Source: Octopus sinensis
Lineage: Eukaryota
Reading direction: 5' to 3'
Assembly: GCF_006345805.1 (NCBI RefSeq)
Contig: NW_021832796.1
Span: forward strand, 1 to 39,541
Length of the DNA stretch: 39,541 nt
Shown in pieces: positions 34,410-39,541 of the stretch; positions within the stretch are counted from its first letter, which is position 1; each line of letters starts with the position of its first letter. The notes below the pieces were generated by a model, which saw only the letters and a list, made by a program, of their open reading frames with translations, was not told the origin of the DNA and did no database searches. Position numbers and translations under genes: made by a program.

Positions 34410-34591
34410 GTTGTGTCTGTTGAGAGTAATTTTATTTTAGTGCCTTATTATGTAACACACTGACCGGTAAAGTTCCACTCATTTACTAATATATCATCAT
34501 CAGGAAAAATAAATAAATGAATGGAAACTTTATCGGTGAGTGTGTTAAATAATAAGGCACTAAAAGAAAATGAATCTCCCCAGACACAACA
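34410..34591. mobile_element. Hairpin element (~75-bp imperfect inverted arms) adjoining (TA)n, probably PLE-derived; related repeat continues to ~35000
   Basis: Arms 34410-34485 and 34514-34591; CTGATGA on the minus strand in the spacer (34497-34503). Confidence 0.5.
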
Positions 34592-35014
34592 AAATATACT
34601 TCAACACACGAACTCACATAAAGAATCTTCTCCTCTCCCCTTCACCGTTCCCTGTCTCTCTCTCACTCTTCCTCCTTGACTCTCTCGTTGCTCATACGTG
34701 ACCAACGGCTGTCTATCTTTCTTTCCTCCACTTCTTTCCTACAGAGAAAACGTGCTTTTGCCTGTCTCTTCTTAAAGCTAGTTTTTCCAACGTTCAGCGC
34801 TTCACCTCGTTATGGCTTAACAACCCTCACCGTTTGTTTTTAATGTTTTGTTCTTATTGTCCCTTTTTTGTTACCATTTTAACCCTCCGCGAAAAGACCC
34901 AAATCTTATTTAATTTGCTTTGCGTGAACGACTGTTTCGCGTGGAGTAAATAAAAAAGGAGAAAATTGATGAAGGGAATGTTCTTTATGTTGCATGTCTC
35001 GTTTCGCTGTTTAC

Positions 35015-35232
35015 ATATATATAGTTAATCCAAACAAGAAAACACAAAAAAAACACAACAACGCGAGGACGTGGAACAAATATAGTATTATTGGACGCTC
35101 AGGAAAGAAGGAAGAAAAAAGAGGGTTTAACGTTTCGAGCGGAGCTCTTCGTCGGAAACATAGGAGAAGGAAAGATCCAGAGAAGGGAAGACAGAGGGAA
35201 AAAATCGCCAACGGTACACACGAGGTCACATA
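35015..35232 (-). mobile_element. TA-flanked ~215-bp element with hammerhead-like motif (35125-35159)
   Basis: GTTT-CCGACGA-A-GAGC-TCC-GCTC-GAAAC-GTT-AAAC; paralogous to 36180-36385. Confidence 0.65.
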
Positions 35233-35509
35233 TATATACATACATTATATATATATATATATATCAAAAGAGAGCAAGAGAGAGGGAGAGACAGAGAGAA
35301 ATGGATGATAGACAGAGATGTGTGTTTGTGCGTTTGGAAGTTAAGTTATAATGCCTGCCTAGGAATGGTCTTCATTGTTTTATTTTTCGCAGCGAAGAAG
35401 CATTGTAGACTGTGGCTGAAGAAAAGAAGTCATGGACAGTTGGATAGCTATATAAATAGTAAGATAGGGGGGGGGGTCAGTTAGATAGACAGGCAGACTG
35501 ATAAATTGA

Positions 35510-35743
35510 TATACATACATACAGGTATGTATGTATGTATTTATGTATGTATGTATGTATGTATGTATGTATGTATGTATGTATGTATGCATGCATGCAT
35601 GTATGTATGTATGTATGTATTGTATGCATGCATGTATGTATGTATCTATGTATGTATGCTTGCATGTATGTATGTATCTATCTACATAATGATGATGATG
35701 ATGATAATAATAATAATAATAAAATAATATAATAATAATAATA

Positions 35744-35774
<31 letters not shown>

Positions 35775-35815
35775 GGAGAAATTGTACGAAATGTATAAAT
35801 AGATGTATAAATACT

Positions 35816-35874
<59 letters not shown>

Positions 35875-35877
35875 GAT

Positions 35878-35914
<37 letters not shown>
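35510..35914. repeat. (ATGT)n, (GAT)/(TAA)n and (TA)n arrays
   Basis: Directly visible. Confidence 0.95.
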
Positions 35915-35920
<6 letters not shown>

Positions 35921-36059
35921 TAGTTATCGCCATACTAATATGGCATTCTTATAAAAATAAGAATAAAGCTGTCTGCTTATAGCTCCATGAGGCCATCGCG
36001 GACAGCTTTATTCTTATTTTTATAAGAATGCCATATTAGTATGGCGATAACTATTATTT
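35915..36059. repeat. Perfect 59-bp inverted repeat with 27-nt spacer
   Basis: 35915-35973 is the exact reverse complement of 36001-36059. Confidence 0.95.
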
Positions 36060-36112
36060 TCCAGAACGCTGCCGTGATCTCTTTTAGAGAGACTTAGTAA
36101 TTTTAATATTTC

Positions 36113-36148
<36 letters not shown>

Positions 36149-36179
36149 ATATATATATATATATTATATATATATTATA

Positions 36180-36385
36180 TGTAGTTAATCCAAACATGAA
36201 CAAATATAGACACAACAAAGCGAAGATGTGGAACAAGTATAGTGTTATTGGACGCACAGGAAAGGAAAGAAAGGAGTATATAACGTTTCGAGCGGAGCTC
36301 TTCGTCAAAAACAGAGAAGAAGGAAAGGTCCAAGGAAGGAAAGACGGGGGAAAAATCGCCAACGATATACACGCGGTCACATATT
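36180..36385 (-). mobile_element. Second copy of the ~215-bp element with hammerhead-like motif (36278-36312)
   Basis: GTTT-TTGACGA-A-GAGC-TCC-GCTC-GAAAC-GTT-ATAT; stem I partly mismatched. Confidence 0.65.
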
Positions 36386-36584
36386 GAATATATGTGTGTG
36401 TATATTTACACATATTTACATACACACACATATATATACATACGTGTATATATATATGTGTGTATAAAATACATATATTAGGCTGGTGGACAATTAACAC
36501 CGCTTTGTTTTTCTAAATTCTGCTGTAAATTAAATCATAAAACGATCGTTAATTACGTACAGACCCAGTATATGTGTGTGTGTT

Positions 36585-36616
<32 letters not shown>

Positions 36617-36804
36617 TGTATGTATGTATGTATGTATGTATGTATATACACACAACACATACACACACACACACGTAGAGACAGAAAGACACACTGATTG
36701 ATGGATAGATGGGAGAGATTGGGAGAGAGAAAGAGGAAAACGGGGAATGTGTGTGTGTATGTTAATGACGAAGGTGGTAATGGAGATGATGATAGCAATG
36801 GAAA

Positions 36805-36805
36805 T

Positions 36806-36900
<95 letters not shown>
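36805..36900. repeat. (GAT)n microsatellite
   Basis: Directly visible. Confidence 0.97.
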
Positions 36901-37053
36901 CGGTGATAATGGTGACGACAACGTCGACGAAGATGATGATAATAATAATGATGATAGTGAAGCGGTGTAGGTAGCTGATGATACTGATGTTGATGTTGTG
37001 GTGATGTTGGTGGTGACGACAATGCTGATGCTAGTGGTGTTTTTGATGCTGTT

Positions 37054-37368
37054 AAGTTAGTTAGTTAGTTAGTTAATTTGGCTCAAAAGCAAATAGCAAG
37101 GCCATGTAGGGGGACATGGAGTTAAGTACAGGGTGGTGTTCATGTAAAGAGTTCAGGCCACTTGAGGTCCAATGAGGCTTTGAACAAAGGGGTCGTCGGC
37201 ATCTTTACCATCTCGTCTGGCAGCTTGTTCCACGGATCCGCAACCCGGACGGAGAAAGCTCCTCTCCTTCGATTGAGATGAAATCGTCGCAGGTAGAGCT
37301 TTTCGGAATGACCCCGCAGCCGACGCTCTGGAGCAGGAGTGAAGAACAGCTCTTTCGAGAGGTTACAC
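37054..37368 (-). mobile_element. 5'-truncated CR1-clade LINE 3' end with (TAAC)n tail and 10-bp TSD
   Basis: ELFFTPAPERRLRGHSEKLYLRRFHLNRRRGAFSVRVADPWNKLPDEMV...FKASLD; TGATGCTGTT at 37044-37053 and 37369-37378. Confidence 0.9.
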
Positions 37369-37480
37369 TGATGCTGTTTAAATCTGGTACAATGAATGTA
37401 GTCATAGCGGTGCTGGTGGTGGTAGTGGCAGCGGTGCTGGGGTGGTGGCAGTGATGCAGAAGATGCTGGTGCTAGATATA

Positions 37481-37875
37481 CTCTTTTACTCTTTTACTTG
37501 TTTCAGTCATTTGACTGCGGCCATGCTGGAGCACCGCCTTTAGTCGAGCAAATCGACCCGGGGACTTATTCTTTGTAAGCCCAGTACTTATTCTATCGGT
37601 CTCTTTTGCCTAACCGCTAGGTGACGGGGACGTAAACACACCAGCATGCTAGGGGGACAAACACACACACACAAACACACACACATACACACATATATAT
37701 ATATCTACATATATACGACAGGCTTCTTTCAGTTTTCGTCTACCAAACCCACTCACAATGCATTGGTCGGCCCGGGGCTATAGCAGAAGACACTTGCTCA
37801 AGATGCCACGCAGTGGGACTGAACCCGGAACCATGTGGTTGGTTAGCAAGCTACTTACCACACAGTCACTCCTGC
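37481..37875 (-). mobile_element. Full-length second-family tRNA-derived SINE with internal (TG)/(TA) tract
   Basis: Head AGGAGTGACTGTGTGGTAAG...GGTTCAGTCCC, core GCAAGTGTCTTCT, tail AAACAAGTAAAAGAGTAAAAGAG. Confidence 0.85.
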
Positions 37876-38724
37876 GCCTATAAAGTGGTGATCCAGTAAT
37901 GTCTTCCACGATAGTGGTGTTGTTGACATCGCTGGTTTAACCATTAATCAAAATAAGCACGTGATTAGGGCGTCGAGGGGAATGGTGGGAGGACACCACA
38001 GAAATGGTAAATGGCTTACGGCACAAAAGAAATCACTTTAAACCTACTTAAATAGTATTCGAAGTGGTCTGTATGATCGGAGGAAATATTATTTCGAAGT
38101 GTTCATACTGAGGATCTAATCAAAGACTTTGCAATTAAAATAAAGTGGAAGAATACAAAATCAAACATTATCGTCCATCTTACTGATAGATTTTTTTTTA
38201 TTATTTCATTTTGAAAAATAAAAATCTATTTAACGGTTTATTGTTGTTGCTATTTTGAGGGAAGAAGAAATTCCGGGTCTAACAACGTCAAGGACTGGAC
38301 AGGGCAAAACACCGTCACACTGCTACACATGACAGAGAACAGGGATTGGTGGCGATGGCTGACTGCAAAAGGGTCTAAGGCAGCACCAATTAAGAGAACG
38401 TGATGATGAAGATGACGATGATGATGATGATGATGATGATGATGACGACGACGATGATGACTATGAGATTATTTAAGACTCTATCATTCAATGTGTTCTT
38501 TTAAAGACAGCAGGCTGTGGTTCGAGGGAAATTTGGCTGCAATCTCAAACAAGTGGACGCCATGGATAGATATGTGATGGTGATGGTGATGGTGGTGAGA
38601 GCGCTGATGACTATAATGGATGAGATAGCGGTGGTGTTTGCTGCAGAGGCGACGGCGTTGGTGGTGTTAGTGTAATGCCGGTGTTGATGTTGCTGCTTTG
38701 TTGGTAGTGGTGGTGAAAAACACG

Positions 38725-38940
38725 GCAGCCGGAAGTGCTGCCTTCCTTCGAAAACTGCCTGTCCTTTAACAAATACACTGACACGTGACGGAATGGCGTG
38801 GCTTATTAAAAGAAGGCTGCTTGCAGCGAAACTATTGTAGTTTCCTAACCTATAACGACGTTGTCCTTAACCCTTTAACAATGGCCCAGCAGGAGTGGAG
38901 AACGTGACATCTTCAGTAGGGTTTCGCTTGTTACGTCAGA
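38725..38940. promoter_or_regulatory. Candidate enhancer/promoter motif cluster
   Basis: CCGGAAGT (ETS) 38729-38736, CACGTGAC 38782-38789, TTACGTCA 38931-38938 in non-repetitive, CpG-containing sequence. Confidence 0.25.
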
Positions 38941-39044
38941 AGTGACAAATAGACAAGAAGGGGAACACAGCTAAATATGGGGATTAGCCATTTTGAAAAG
39001 TGCCAAGATTTTGCCACCGAGAAACGTAGCATACATGCAGACAC

Positions 39045-39055
39045 ACACAGTACAC

Positions 39056-39110
<55 letters not shown>

Positions 39111-39150
39111 GCACACACACACACACACACATACACACACACATACACAG
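39045..39150. repeat. (CA)n microsatellite
   Basis: Directly visible. Confidence 0.97.
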
Positions 39151-39354
39151 AGAAACACTCACGTACACATATGCAACAGAGTTTTAGGCAGTGATGGCTT
39201 CACAGCAATTGTGGCGCAACCAATGCGTGATTATTGCTAATTGAAAAATGTACAAGAACATGTATGTATGTATTGTACGTATGTGTGTGTAAATATGTGT
39301 GTGTGTGCAAGTGTGCGTGTTTATGCAATGAAGCATTTATGTGTAAAATATATA

Positions 39355-39387
<33 letters not shown>

Positions 39388-39541
39388 TGTATGTACACAA
39401 CGTGTATGTGCATGTTTTATGAATTAATGCATTATATTTTCCTTGTAGTTGTCATGATGTTCAAAATTATTGTTTTAGGAAATGCTTTGTTTTATTGGTA
39501 TATACGCATATATATATATATAATATTATATATTATGATAT

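Overview
AT-rich, repeat-saturated eukaryotic DNA, most likely an intronic/intergenic interval of an Octopus (coleoid cephalopod) genome. The organism is inferred from the tRNA-derived SINE families and microsatellite style, recognised from memory and not searched. No intact, nameable protein-coding gene is visible. Nearly all ORFs in the track are microsatellite read-throughs or pieces of decayed retrotransposons: RTE, three R4/Dong-type RLE LINE pieces, Tx1/L1 ORF1 and ORF2, a Penelope-like RT, a CR1 3' end and a Tc1 scrap. More than 20 SINE copies are present. A few short plus-strand exon candidates and two bZIP/E-box motif clusters hint at an unidentified host gene. The most interesting signal is a set of nine minimal type I hammerhead-ribozyme-like motifs in four or more distinct non-coding repeat families. 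These include a ~540-bp tandem/fold-back array with one hammerhead per unit (retrozyme-like), a near-perfect stand-alone hammerhead at 8930-8972, ~200-bp elements with a loopless dimer-type hammerhead, and TA-flanked hairpin elements with hammerhead cores in the spacer. Also notable are a SINE whose 3' tail matches the 3' end of the Tx1-like LINE in the same window, and a (TAA)n-associated non-autonomous element sharing its 3' end with an R4-type RT fragment. All structure calls were made by eye; none was computed or tested.
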